Source of the DNA: an uncultured Acidobacteriota bacterium
GTDB lineage: Bacteria; Acidobacteriota; Thermoanaerobaculia; UBA5066; Gp7-AA6
Length of the DNA: 64,000 nucleotides
Direction: 5' to 3'
Assembly: GCA_963776755.1 (NCBI GenBank)
Contig: CAVZNW010000002.1
Location: forward strand, 163,741-227,740
Position 1 is the first letter of the stretch. Each line of letters begins with the position of its first letter. A program made the translations under genes and the position numbers. Below the pieces are notes generated by a model. The model did no database searches and had not been told where the DNA came from. It saw nothing but the letters and a program-made list of their open reading frames with translations. Shown here in pieces: positions 1-11,208 of this stretch.

Positions 1-3000
1 GAGACGCCGCACGAGGCGCAGCTGCTTTCGGCCTCGCGCCTCTTCCTGATCCTCGCGGTCTTCGTGGTGCTCGCCGCGTACTCGATCTGGAACTCGGACC
101 GTTTCCAGACGCTCCTGCAGGGCGTGTCGGAGCAGCGGCTCTCGGAGCTCCTGAAGCGGCCGGTGACCTTCCGCCGGGTCGACTTCCACGTCTTTCCGCC
201 GTCGATCCAGCTCGCCGACGTGCGCATCGAGAACGATCCGCGGATCGGGGGAGAGCCGCTGTTGTCGGCGGCGGAGCTGACGATCGGCGGCGGCGTGTCC
301 GTCACGGGCCGGGAGCTGCGCCTCGGCCGCGTGCGCGCGGTCTCGCCGCGCATCGCCCTCGTGCAGTTTGCCGACGGGACCTGGAATCTCCCGCCGGGCC
401 TGACCGGGCCCGCGGAGAAGGGCGGTCTCGCCGTCCGCGTCGGCGAGCTCGTCGTGCAGCGGGGCGTGTTCCAGCTCGAGGGCCGGGCCATGGGGATCGA
501 CGGCCGGCTCGACGAGTTCGCGGTGGAGCTCTCGACCCTCGGGTTCGAGCGATACGGCGGCACGCTGGCCTGCCGGCGGGTGCAGCTGCACCTTCCGGCC
601 GCCGAGCCTCTCGTCTTCGGACTCGATCTGCGCTTCCGCCTCGATTCCGCGCGCGGGGCGGCGGTCGAGGCGCTGCGCATCGTCGGAGAGTTCGGCGAGC
701 TGAACGCCTCCGGGGCCGTCGAGAACCTCAAGGACCCGACGATCCTCCTGATGCTGTCGGGTCAGCTTCACGTCGCCGAGGTCGAACGGATCTTCCACTC
801 CGGCCTCGGGTTTGCCGGAGACGCCTCGGTGCGCGCGGACATCCGCATCCCGCCGCGCGGCGGGTTTCGCATCACCGGAAGGGTCGAGTCGGCGAGCATC
901 GATGCCAAGGGCTTTCCCGTCGAGGACATCGAGGCGACGGTCGTCGCCCGACCCGACGCCCTGGTCGCGCGGATCGAGAAGGCGCGGTATGCCGGAGGGC
1001 TGGCGACCGGTCTCTACCGGATCGAAGGCCTCGCCGGGGGAAGGCGGCCGCAGCCGATGACCCTCACGCTCGAGGCCCGGGGCGTGTCCGTCGAGCGCTT
1101 CTTCGGCGACCTGAAGCTTCCGGGGACGGGACTCTCCGGCCAGGCGGCGCTCTCCGTCGCTCTGCGCTGGGCCGAGGGCGGAATCGAGCGCGCCGACGGC
1201 GGCCTGACGGTCGCGATCGAGCCCGGTCCCGCAGTGTCGGCCGTGAAGGGCCGGTACGGCATTCCGACCGGAGGGGGAGGGGCCCTCGCCGTTGTCGACG
1301 GCCGGATCGGCTTTCAGGCGACGACCTTCCGGTTCCCGGCGTCCACGCTCGAGCTGACCGGAGGCATGCGGATCGGGCAGTGGATACCGGATTTCGACTT
1401 CCACCTGCGCTCGCGGGAGCTCGGCGAGGTCGACCGCCTCTTCCAGAACTTCACCGCCGCCAGCGGCGGTCAGCCCGACGCGCTCGGACTCGGGGGCAGC
1501 GGGGAGGCGCAGGGCCACATGACGAAGTCCTGGGGCAACCCCGACGTCACCGCCCGCATCGCCGCGGAGAACACGCGCTATGCCGGCGTTCTCTTCGGAA
1601 GCGTCCGGGGCGCCGCGGACATGAGCGACGGCGCATTCTTCTTCCATCCGCTCCGCGTCTACGACGGCAGCGCGACGGTTTCGCTCGAGGGCACCGCCCG
1701 CTACCGCAGGGACCCCGCGCGGCCCCGGTTCGACCTGACGGCCACCGCCAAGGACTATCCGATCGAGCGGCTGCTCGACTACCTCGACCTCGACTACCCG
1801 GTCACCGGCCGCCTCTCGGGAGCGTTCCCGGTCGCCGGCACGCCCCCCGACGCCGTCTCCGGCGGCGGAATCATGACCCTGGAGGACGCGGTCGTCTGGG
1901 GACAGCCGTTTCCGCTCGTGACCGGGCGCGCGACGCTTTCGCCGGGACGGTTCGAGCTCGACGAGGTGCGGGCGGAGCTTCACGACGGAACGCTCGGGGG
2001 CAGCGGGTCGATCGCGTTCCGCGACAAGACCTTCGAGGTGCGGGCGGCCGGCGACGCCGTCCCGATCGAGGACCTCGTGGCGGTGGCGAAGGCGGACGAC
2101 GAGCTGTCGGGCAAGCTGACGTTCGAGCTGACGGGCTCGGGCACCTTCGACCATCCGGACATGACCGTTTCCGCCGCCCTCACCGGGGCCCGGTTCCACG
2201 GGCGCGAGATCCCGGCGGCCCTGGCGCCGCGTCTCGAGGCGCGGCTGACGAAGGGCGAGCTCTCCGGGACGCTCTCGGCGCCCGGCCACTGGACGCTGAC
2301 GGCGACCGGAGAGCCCCTGGGCTCGCCGGGCCGGATCGATGCCGAGCTCGACGCCCCCGACTTTCCCGTCGTTCGCGCTGTTCACGCCCTTCGAGCTGCC
2401 CGAAGGCGTCGGGGGCGCGGTCGAGGCGCGCGGCCGGTTCGCCTGGCACGACCGGGAGGCACCGGTCTCGGGCGAGGTCCTCGTGACGCGCGCGCGGCTC
2501 GATACGCGCGAGCACCCGGGCCTGCTGACGGTGGCCGATCCCGCGCGGATCCGGATCGCCGAACGGCGCATCACGCTCGAGGGCCTGCGCGCGGTCGGCG
2601 AGGGCATCGACTTCACGGTGCGCGGGGCGCTCGACGCTCCGGCGGCGGCCAGGAAGATCGAGGGCCGGATCGCCGGAACGGCCGACGCGGCGGTTCTCGA
2701 CCTGGTGCGTCCGGCCTTCGGCCTGGCGGGCCGGCTGACGCTCGACGTCGGCGTCAGCGGAACCGTCGACGAGCCCGCCTTCAATGGCTCGGTGCGGATC
2801 GAGGACGGCCGGTACCGCGCGGCGGGATACTCCTTCGAGGACATCGAGGGGACGCTGCGGCTCGTCGGCTCGTCCGGCGAGATCGACGGCCTGCGCGCGC
2901 GCGTCGCCGAAGGCGAGACGTTCGTGGCCGGCAGCTTCCGCCTGGACGGCAGCTCTCTGGCGAGCTATCGGCTGGCGGTCCAGGGCCGGAGGATCTCGGT

Positions 3001-3925
3001 GCGCGCGATCCCGGCGCTGCGCCTGGTCGTCGACGCCGATCTGGTGGTCTCGGGCGATCCGGAGGACCGCGAGATCCGGGGCGAGGTGACGCTGCTTCGC
3101 GGGACGTACACGAAGGACGTCGACCTGACCGTCTCGGACCTCCTGTCGAAGAGCCGCCCGACCGGCGCCCTGGCGTCGCGCGAGCCCTGGAAGGAGCGCA
3201 CCGCGCTCGACGTGCGCATCGTGTCGGCCGCCGCGCTCGAGATTCGGAACAACGTCGCGCGCCTCTCGGGGACCGTCGACCTGACGGCCCGCGGCACCCT
3301 CGCGGATCCGATCCTGCTCGGGCAGGTGCTGCTCGACGAGGGGGGACGGATCGTGTTCTCCGACATCCGCTACGAGATCGAGTCGGGCGCGATCACCTTC
3401 TCCAACACGACGCGGATCGCTCCCTTCGTCGACCTGCGCGCGCGCGCCGACGTCAAGGGATACGACCTGGTCGTCGCGCTCGTCGGGACCTGGCCGCGCG
3501 TGTCGGCGAACTTCACCTCCGACCCGCCGCTGACGAACGACGAGATCCTGGGCCTCATCCTGTCGGGAACTCCGCCCGACACGCGGCAGCAGTCCAAGAC
3601 CACCGACCAGCTCGTGTCGGCGGCGGGCGGCCTCGTCACGGGCGCGGTGACCGGCGGAATCACCCGGGGCGGAAAGGAGATCTTCAAGCTCGACCGGTTC
3701 CAGATCGACCCGGTCTTCGAGGGCAGCAGTCTGACGACGTTCCGGACGACGATCGGAAAGAAGATCACCCAGGACCTGACGGTCACGTCGTCGATCGCGG
3801 TCGACTCGAGCAAGGACCCGATCATCCGAATCGAGTGGCAGGTCAGCGACTCCGTCTTCATCCAGCTCCTGCGGGACGAGGACGGCAACTTCTCGGTGAC
3901 GTTCCGGCGCCGCCAGCGTCTCTGA
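1..3925 (+). CDS. TamB/AsmA-like translocation-and-assembly-module protein (DUF490-type C-terminus). The 5' end is probably at or before the window edge. One apparent frameshift near 2355-2375.
   Basis: Frame 1 is open from nt 1. The N-terminal hydrophobic anchor LFLILAVFVVLAAYSIW lies at about nt 40-90, so the true start is upstream of the GTG at 64. The body is long, beta-rich and repetitive. After ...GRIDAELDAPDFP, frame 1 turns into Arg/Gly junk, while frame 2 continues sensibly (SFALFTPFELPEG...) to ...DPIIRIEWQVSDSVFIQLLRDEDGNFSVTFRRRQRL. The stop TGA 3923-3925 overlaps the next ATG. Confidence 0.65.
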
Positions 3926-6900
3926 TGCGGCGCGCACTCGCGGCGGCCCTGCTCTTCGGAGGCCTCGCGGCCGGGGCGGCCCCCGTCCTCGCGGCGGCCG
4001 CGGGTCCCCCGGACGACGGGAAGGTCGTGGCTTCCGTCTCCTACGTGAGCGACGGCGAAGTCGACCCGGGCGAGGTCGGGGCTCTCATCGCGATCGTCGC
4101 CGGGCGGCCGCTCACCGAGCTGGAAACGGGCTCGACGATCCGAAACCTCTACGGCACACGCCGCTTCTCGAACGTCGCCGTCGAAGCCGAGCCGCTGCCG
4201 GACGGCGAGCTCGCGGTCACCGTCTACCTCTGGCGCGCCTACATCGTCCGGACGGTGGAGTTCGACGGAAAGTTCGCGCCCACGCGCGAGGAGCTGCGCC
4301 GGGTGGTCCCGCTCTCGGCGGGCGACCCGTTCCACGCCGCGGCGATGGAGGCCGGGGCCTCGGCCCTCGAGCGCCGGCTCGCGGCCGAGGGCTACATCCA
4401 GCCGGCCGTCGAGCCGGAGGCGGTCTTCGACCAGAAGGAGTTCACGGTCACGGTCGTCTACCGCATCGCGGCCGGCAAGCGCGCCCGCGTCACCGAGCCG
4501 TTCTTCGACGGCGACACGGCGCCGTTTTCCGCGGCCGGGCTCGAGAAGGAGATGAGGCTCCGCCCGGGGGACGTGTATCGCGAGACGAAGGCCCGCGACG
4601 ACGCCGAGCGCCTGCAGAAGTTCCTGCTCGGCCAGGGCCGTTTTCGGGCCTCGGTCGAGCTGATCGCCACGGAGCCGACGGAGGACGGCCGCATCCGGCC
4701 GGTCTACCGGATCGCCGTGGGGCCGCTCTTCGAGCTCGAGGCCGTCGGGCGTCAAGGACAAGGCGGCCCGCAAGCAGATCCTGGCCCTCCTCGACTCGCA
4801 GCCGTTCGACGAGGACCTCCTGGAGCAGTGGGCGACCGATCGGCGCAGCGAGCTGCAGCGCTCGGGGCGCTATCGCGCCACGGTCGCGGCGACGGCGGCC
4901 GGGACCGACCCGGTCGTCGTCAAGCTCGTCGTCGATCCCGGCGCGAAGTACGCGGTCGAGGCGATCGAGATCGCAGGCGACGCGTCCGTGCCGGAGGACA
5001 CGCTCCGCGATCTCATGGTCACGAGGCCGAAGGGCCTGCCGCTCGTGGCCCCGGGCCACCTGACCGACGAGGACCTGGCCGGAGACGTTTCGACGATCCT
5101 GGGCTACTACCAGACGCGCGGCTGGGTCGACGCGCGGGTGACCTCGAAGGTCACCGACGGCCGGGAGCCCGGGCTTCTCGATGTTCGGATCGAGGTCGCG
5201 GAGGGGCCTCGCGCCTTCGTCGCCGAACGGAGGGTCGAGGGCGCCGAGCACCTGACCCCGGAGGACCTCGCGTCGCTGCTGGCCGTCAGGGTCGGCGACC
5301 CCTTCAACCCCGTCGACGTGCGACGCGACGTCGCCGCGCTCACGAGCCGGTACCGCAACACGGGCTGGCCCACGGCGACGGTGCAGGACCGGTACACGCT
5401 CTCGGAGGACCGGACGAAGGTCGACGTCGAATACCGGGTCGAGGAGGGCCAGCGCGCGTTCTTCGGTCGGACGATCATCCGCGGCAACGCCGTCACCGAG
5501 GTCGAGCGGATCCGCCGGCAGATCGCCTGGAAGGAGGGCGAGCCGTACTCGGAAGGGAAGGTCGCCGACACGCAGCAGAACCTGGCGCGCACGGGGGTCT
5601 TCCGCTCGATCGACGTCCGGCCGCAGCCGACCAATCCCGAGAACCTGACGCGCAACATCGACGTCGAGGTCGCCGAGGCGCGAAGGCTGTCGCTCCTCTA
5701 CGGTTTCGGATACCTCTACGCCGCCGGCGCCGACGTCAACCGCAACGACGTCTTCGGCATCGCCGGCCTGACCTACCGCAACCTCTTCGGCCGGATGCAG
5801 TCGGCCTCGGTCGAGGTGCAGTACGCGCCGATCTCGACCCGCGGCTACCTCTTCGCGCGGTTCCTCGATCCCTACGCTTTCGACTCGACGGTCCCGATCA
5901 GCGTCGTCGGCTTCGCCAGCCGCCTGCCGATCCAGGACGTCAACGTGGACAGCTACGGGGGGTACGTGGAGACCGTCCGCCCGTGGGGCCGGTACCTGCG
6001 GGTCGGACTGCGTTACGAGTACCAGGTTCAGGGGCCTCAAAACCCGGAGGACCTCTCGACGATCGAGGTCGAGCGCTTCCCGAAGACGGCCTTTCCGATC
6101 AAGCAGTCCGCGGCCGGCCCGAGCTTCTTCTACGACCGGCGGGACGACATCCTCGATCCGCACTCCGGCTGGTACTCGACGCTGGCCGGCAAGTACGCCT
6201 TCCCGTTCGCCTCGGCCGACGCCCGGTACGGGAAGGTCTCGGGCCAGGCGGCCTGGTTCAAGACCATCTTCGGAGGCGTGCTCGGGGCCTCTTTCAAGGC
6301 GGGAGGGATCTACCCGTACGGCCAGGGAGCGTATTCGGTTCCGCCCGAAGATCGGGTACCGGTCCCGATCGCCGAGCGCTTCTACTCGGGGGGCTCGTCG
6401 ACGGGACGCGGATTCGCGACGGATCTCGCCGGCATCCCCCGTGTCACCGTCGACTACAACACGCAGGCCGTACCGAAGACGGGAGACGTGGGCACCTGCG
6501 CCGAGCAATACCCGAATCAACCCGACGAAGCACTGCTCGCGCTCTACGACTGCACGCCGGGCCCTCGGATCATCGGCGGGAACGGATTCATGGCCTGGAC
6601 GCTCGAGTATCGGTTTCCCATCCTGGGGAACCTGGGCGTGTCGATCTTCTACGACCTCGCCCAGGTCTGGGCCAAGGCGAGCAACATCAACTTCAAGATC
6701 GAGGGTGAAAACGGACTGCGGCAGTCGATCGGCGCCGGCCTGCACTACATGACGCCCGTCGGGCCGCTGCGCCTCGAATACTCGAGACCGGTCGAGCTGC
6801 GCACGATCGAGTACCAGGTCACGAGGACCGAGGGGCCCGACGGAAAGCCCTGCACTCCGTCGCCCTGCTCCGTGCTGGTCGAGAGTGCGTTCACGAAGGA

Positions 6901-6940
6901 GACGGGAAGGGTCTTCCTGTCGATCGGCTATCCGTTCTGA
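3925..6940 (+). CDS. Omp85/BamA-TamA family outer-membrane protein with multiple POTRA repeats, about 1004 aa. One apparent frameshift near 4745-4752.
   Basis: ATG 3925 forms a TGATG overlap with the upstream stop. Signal peptide MRRALAAALLFGGLAAGAAPVLAAAA. Repeated POTRA-like units. C-terminal barrel ends ...GRVFLSIGYPF (terminal aromatic residue). Frame 1 reads ...PLFELEAVG and frame 2 continues VKDKAARKQILALLDSQPFDEDLL... The span is not a multiple of 3. Confidence 0.8.
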
Positions 6941-6960
6941 GGCTGCGCTAGAATTCGCGC

Positions 6961-7194
6961 ATGCCGCTCTTCGAGTACCGCTGCCGCGACTGCGAGAAGC
7001 GCTTCGAGCAGTTCGTCCTCGGGGATGCGAAGCCCCGCTGTCCGTCCTGCGAGGGGCGGAAGGTCGACAAGCTCCTGTCGGTGTTCGCGGTCGGCGGCGG
7101 CGGCGGCGCGAAGAGTTCCGCGTCGGCGTCCGCCGAAGGCGGCTGCGGATCCTGCGGCGATCCGCGCGGGCCCGGCTCCTGCGCCGTCAACTGA
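6961..7194 (+). CDS. FmdB-family zinc-ribbon protein (CxxC...CxxC)
   Basis: 77 aa. MPLFEYRCRDCEKRFEQF...PRCPSCEG is the characteristic N-terminal zinc ribbon. The tail is Gly/Ser-rich with a second Cys cluster. Confidence 0.8.
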   Translation: MPLFEYRCRDCEKRFEQFVLGDAKPRCPSCEGRKVDKLLSVFAVGGGGGAKSSASASAEGGCGSCGDPRGPGSCAVN

Positions 7195-7218
7195 CGGTCG
7201 GCGGCTCGCTGTGAATTC

Positions 7219-8866
7219 TCACGGACCGTACAGGACGAGCCCGAAGGTCTTCGTCAGGAAGACCGCCATCTGCCCGCGGGTCACCGGGTTGCCGGGGCAG
7301 AAGGAGATCGGCGCCGGAGGCGGCCCCCCCGCGCAACCGCCCGTGACGCCGCGGTTGTAGAGGTCCTCGATGAAGGGCCTGAAGGCGTCGACCGGGACGT
7401 CGTCGAAGATTCCCGTCGCCGCCGGCGGCACGTAGCCCGAGCCGAGGTGCGCCTTCAAGAGGAAGACGGCCATTTGCTTTCGCTGGACCAGCGCTTCCGG
7501 GCAGTAGAGTCCGGGGCCGCAGCCGCCGGTGATGTTGCTGTTGGCGAGGTCCTCGATCCACGGCTCGAACGGGTCGCCAACCGGGACGTCCGTGAAGATG
7601 CCGACGGCCGGCGGCGGGAGGTAGCAGGCGCCGTGCAGCGTCTTCATGAGGAACACCGCCATCTGCTTGCGCAGCGTGGGGTTGGCGGGGCAATACGAGT
7701 CCTGCAGAGCGCATCCGCCGGTGATGCCGGTGTGGAGGAGGATCTCGGCATACTTGTAGAAGAGGCTGCCCGGCGGGACGTCCGCGAAGCTCGGGCCGAC
7801 GTGGAGGCTGCGGGTCCGCGGCTCGGGGGCGGCGCCCGTAGCATCCGCCGTCGCGAGGAGGAGCGGGCGTCTCGTCCAGGGTCGCGTCGCGATGCCCGAA
7901 TCCGGTTCCGTCGATCTTGACCGCGTAGCAATCGCCCGTGGTGCTCGCGCAGTTGGCGCTCGCGCCCCCCGCGATGACGCCGTAGTCCGCGTGGGCGTCG
8001 ACGAGCGTGTACGTGAGGCCGAGGCTGGCGGGCCCGGTCAGGTTGGAGGCCGCCCCGGCGAGCGTGACCTGCGTCGCGCGGGTTTTCCACGTGGGCGCGA
8101 CCGCGACCTCTTCGCCGAGCGTGAGGACGCCGTCACCGGCGGCGTCGACGACGTTCGCGCTCGGAGCGAGGTTGTCCTCCGTCCCGACGACCTGCATGAT
8201 GATGTGCGCCTCCGGAAACCCTTCCTGGGCGAGATCGACGGGCATCGTGGCTCCGCAGTCGGGGTCGTAGAGATAGCTCGGACCCGACTGCGCCGCGGCG
8301 TTGCCGCCGAGGAAAAACACCGCATCGATGGCGTGCCCGTCGGGCACCGCGACTTCGACGACGAGGTCGGATCCGGCGGGCGCCGTCCCCTCGACGGCGA
8401 CGCCCAGGTTCGTCAGCGCCTCGTCCGCCACCGTGACCGTGGCGGTCCCGATGGGGGTCAGCTCCCCGTTGGGGAACGGACAGCCCGAGTTCGTGTAGAG
8501 GTTGACGGTCATCAGCTGTCCGATGCTGCCGTTGGTCGTGGCGAATTCGATGGCGAGGTTGACCTGGCAGACGAAGAACTTCCCGAGCACTCCGTGGTCG
8601 GGCAGGTGGAAGGACCGGTACCAGCTGTTGGCATAGTGGATTCCGGTGTCCAAGTCGGCGCAGGTGACCCCGTTGAAGTCCGTCGGTGAGAGGCTCGACG
8701 ACTGCGTGAACGTATCCGGGCCGCAGTCGGCGACCGGGCTGGCGGCGCCGTGAGGCGCCGAGGGTGCGGCGGGACCATGTCGCCTCGCCCTTTGGGCGAA
8801 TGCCGGCGAAACGGTTGCCAGGGCGAGCAACGCCAGGAGGCACAGAGTCCGTCGCAGTGTCGGCAT
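7219..8866 (-). CDS. Exported protein: N-terminal domain of unknown function plus three C-terminal SLH-like repeats. One apparent frameshift near 7868-7885.
   Basis: AGGAG ribosome-binding site before ATG 8866. Signal peptide MPTLRRTLCLLALLALATVSPAFA. Three C-terminal repeats of the form F.DVP......(W/F)IE.L.....ITGGC......(Y/F)CP...V(T/Q)R.QMAVFL.K. The frame switches between ...HRDATLDETP and ...LLLATADATGAAPEPRTRSLHVGPSFADVPPGSLFYKYAEILLHTGITGGC... Confidence 0.6.
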
Positions 8867-8956
8867 GGAGTTCTCCTCTACTGGTACGCGGATTCCGGGA
8901 CGCTTTCAGGTCAGCCGACAGGCCCGACCCGTGAACAACGGGTGGAGAAACGAGAG

Positions 8957-10251
8957 CTAGCCCCCCAGCCCCGCCGGGGTCTCCGCGAGCCTGGTCTCCT
9001 CGGCGGCGAGAGCGCGCCGCAGGACTTCCGGATCGTCCTGGGTCGAGCCCGAGAGCCCGGTGAACGGCGCCTCGGCCAGGGCCTCGCGGTAGCCGGGGGA
9101 GGGCAGGCCTCCGTCGCGCAGGGCATGAACCAGCTTCAGCGTGCGGAATGCGTCGAACCAGGTGTGGAAATGCCGGAGGATCGTCTTCGGGTCTCCGGAG
9201 GAGCGGGCGATCGCCTCGCGCATCGCGGGGAACGCGCCCATCTTCTCGAGGGACTCGAGGAGGAGCTCGGTGCGGAAGAACGGGTTGCCGCGGGGAAGCT
9301 CCTCGACCGCGAGGTCGACGCGGCCGCCGCTTTCGGCCGCGACCGTCAGGACGCGCAGCCACGCCGCGACGTGCGCGAAGACGGCGGGATGGTAGAGGCG
9401 GAAGCCCGTCAGGGCGCGCTTCTTCGTGACCAGGTCGGTGAGCGCCCGCCCGGTTCCGAAGGGGACGCGGTCGGAGAGGCGCCCTTCGAGGAGCAGGGGT
9501 CGCCCCGCGAGGCGCAGGATCGAGCCGGCCTTGGCGAGCTTGTCGAGCAGGTAGAAGTCCTCGGCCGCGTTCTTCTTCGGAAATCCGCGGACGACGGCGT
9601 AGGCCTCGGGACGGATCGCGATGCAGCTGCCCATCGCCTCGTAGGCGTAGGGGAGCCCGGCCCAGGCCAGGCCGAGCGTGTAGTAGCGAAGCGAGATCTC
9701 GTAGAGCCGCGCGGCCTCGGCGAGCTTCGCGTCCTCGGCCAGGCGGTGCTCGAAGAAGTAGACCGCGGCGGCGTTGCCCGCTTCCGTTTCCGGGAGTCCC
9801 ACCGTCTGGTCGAAGTAGTCGTTCGGCAGCACCGTACGTCGGCGTCGGTGTTGTGGATCCAGGGCGAGGCGACCCGGCCCGCGGCGTGAAGGCGCAACGC
9901 GATGTCGTTGCCGATCTTGCGCGCCAGGCCCACGCCCTGGCCCTTCGGGAGGAAGTGTCCCGGGCTCGCCCGGTCGACCACGAGGATGGTGCCGTTCTCG
10001 ACCCGGAGCGCCGTCGCCGGATGGGGTTCTGTCCGGTCGGAGGCGGCCTTCGCAACGCCCCGCAGGCGCTGCCGGGCCGCCTCGTTGGCCTCGTGGACGG
10101 CCGGCGGCGAGTCCTCCCGGGCGTTCAAGACGACGATGACGAGGGTCTCGCCCTCTGGCCCCTTCGGGACCGAGCCGAGTGTGTCGAAGAGGCTCTGGCC
10201 CTCACCGTAGGCGGGAACGACGAGGACGTGGCCGAGCTCGTCCGTCAGCAC
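8957..10251 (-). CDS. GT-A fold (family-2-like) glycosyltransferase-like protein. One apparent frameshift near 9833-9840.
   Basis: GTG start at 10251. The N-terminus ...HVLVVPAYGEGQSL... resembles a GT2 start. A DxD-like motif (WIHNTDAD) sits at the frame junction. The second frame (GTG 9832) continues VLPNDYFDQTV...AEDFYLLDKLAK... The family assignment is by resemblance only. Confidence 0.45.
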
Positions 10252-10338
10252 GTCGGCGGCGACGGCTTCCGGCTCGGCATGGCGCGCGAGGTACTGGGAG
10301 ACGGGCTTTCGAAGGCATGGGCGGGGGAGTCTACTCGT

Positions 10339-10913
10339 TCAGTAGAGCGCCGAACGCACCGGCAGCTCCGCGACGATCCGCGCCTCGACGACGAGCAGCG
10401 TCGTCGAGCCGCGCCTCGACCTCCGGCCGATCGGAAAGTAGAGGCCCGCCAGGCGCACGTACATCTCCTGGTGCCGTGACCTCGGCGCGCGCGATCTCGC
10501 GGTAGAAGTCGCGGTCCTCTCCCGGAGGCAGGCCCCCGGCGACGAGGCCGAAGCGCTCGCAGCCGCGCGCCTCGGCGATCCCGGCAGAGAGCAGCCGGTC
10601 GAGAAAGTAGGCGTCGCTGCCCTTGCGGAACTCACTGCGACAGCCGCTCCATGTAGGGGCTCCGCGTGTCCGGAGGCAGCGTCAGGCCGCGGGCGTCGAG
10701 CCGCCGCCACACCGCCGAGAAATGCGCGAGCTCCTCCTGCGCGAGGGCGATGCACTCCGAGACGAGCTCCCGCCGGTCGGGGTAGTGCGCGACGAAGGCC
10801 ATCGCGGACGCGGAGGCCTTGCGCTCGCAGCCCGCGTGATCGAGCAGGAAGGCGTCGAAGTCGGCGAGGACCGCGGCGATCCAGCCGGAGGGTGTCGGGG
10901 CCTGGAGACGCAA
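10339..10913 (-). pseudogene. miaE: MiaE-like di-iron tRNA-(ms2io6A)-hydroxylase, interrupted by at least 2 and probably 4 frame switches
   Basis: The segments line up with MiaE motifs across three frames: TPSGWIAAVL..FLLDHAGCERKASASAM...AQEELAHF...SPYMERLS / EFRKGSDAYFLDRLLSAGIAEARGCERFG...DFYREIARAEV / RHQEMYVRLAGLYFP / PEVEARLDD / LLVVEARIVAELPVRSALY. Switches lie near 10630-10640, 10473-10480, 10425-10435 and 10398-10406. Confidence 0.6.
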
Positions 10914-10929
10914 CCTTCGGCCGGTCCGC

Positions 10930-11208
10930 CTACCCGCCGCTGACGGCTGGCAGGATCGCGATCTCGGTGCCGTCCGGCACGCGCGTCGAGAGGCCCGACG
11001 CGTCGCGGATGTTGTCGGGGCCGACGAAGATGTTCACGTGGGGCCGCACCGCGCCGGTCTCGTCGAGGACGCGGCTCGAAAGGCCCGGGTGCACCCGGTC
11101 GAGCTGCCGCAGCGCCTCGGCCACCGTGGCGGGACGTCCGAGGTCGACGCGGCTCGCGCCGCCCGCGAAGGGCTGGAGCGGCCCCGGGACGAGGACGGCG
11201 ACGCTCAT
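10930..11208 (-). CDS. MoaD/ThiS-family beta-grasp (ubiquitin-like sulfur-carrier-type) protein with a C-terminal Gly-Gly
   Basis: 92 aa ending ...GTEIAILPAVSGG. Typical MoaD-like layout (...EALRQL....P.L...VLDE.G.(V/L)R.HVNIFV...). The ATG overlaps the upstream stop (ATGA at 11205-11208). Confidence 0.7.
   Translation of the reverse strand: MSVAVLVPGPLQPFAGGASRVDLGRPATVAEALRQLDRVHPGLSSRVLDETGAVRPHVNIFVGPDNIRDASGLSTRVPDGTEIAILPAVSGG

Noticed and set aside
64-6708. Single 2214-aa ORF spanning the TamB-like and Omp85 genes
   Set aside because: This is read-through typical of GC-rich DNA. Only parts of this frame look like protein (64 to about 2365, and 3925 to about 4750). The remainder is Arg/Gly/Pro/Asp-rich junk, while other frames carry the sensible continuations.
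7093-7108. (GGC)n microsatellite-like runs (also at about 34351-34366)
   Set aside because: These are short (about 5 units), in-frame coding for Gly/Ala runs, and common in GC-rich genomes. There is no evidence of contingency-locus behaviour.
8927-8943. Hairpin ACCCGT-GAACA-ACGGGT downstream of the glycosyltransferase-like gene, as a possible terminator
   Set aside because: The stem is only 6 bp and no U-tract follows on the minus strand. The next gene's ribosome-binding site and ATG follow within about 60 nt, so read-through into the SLH-like gene is at least as likely.
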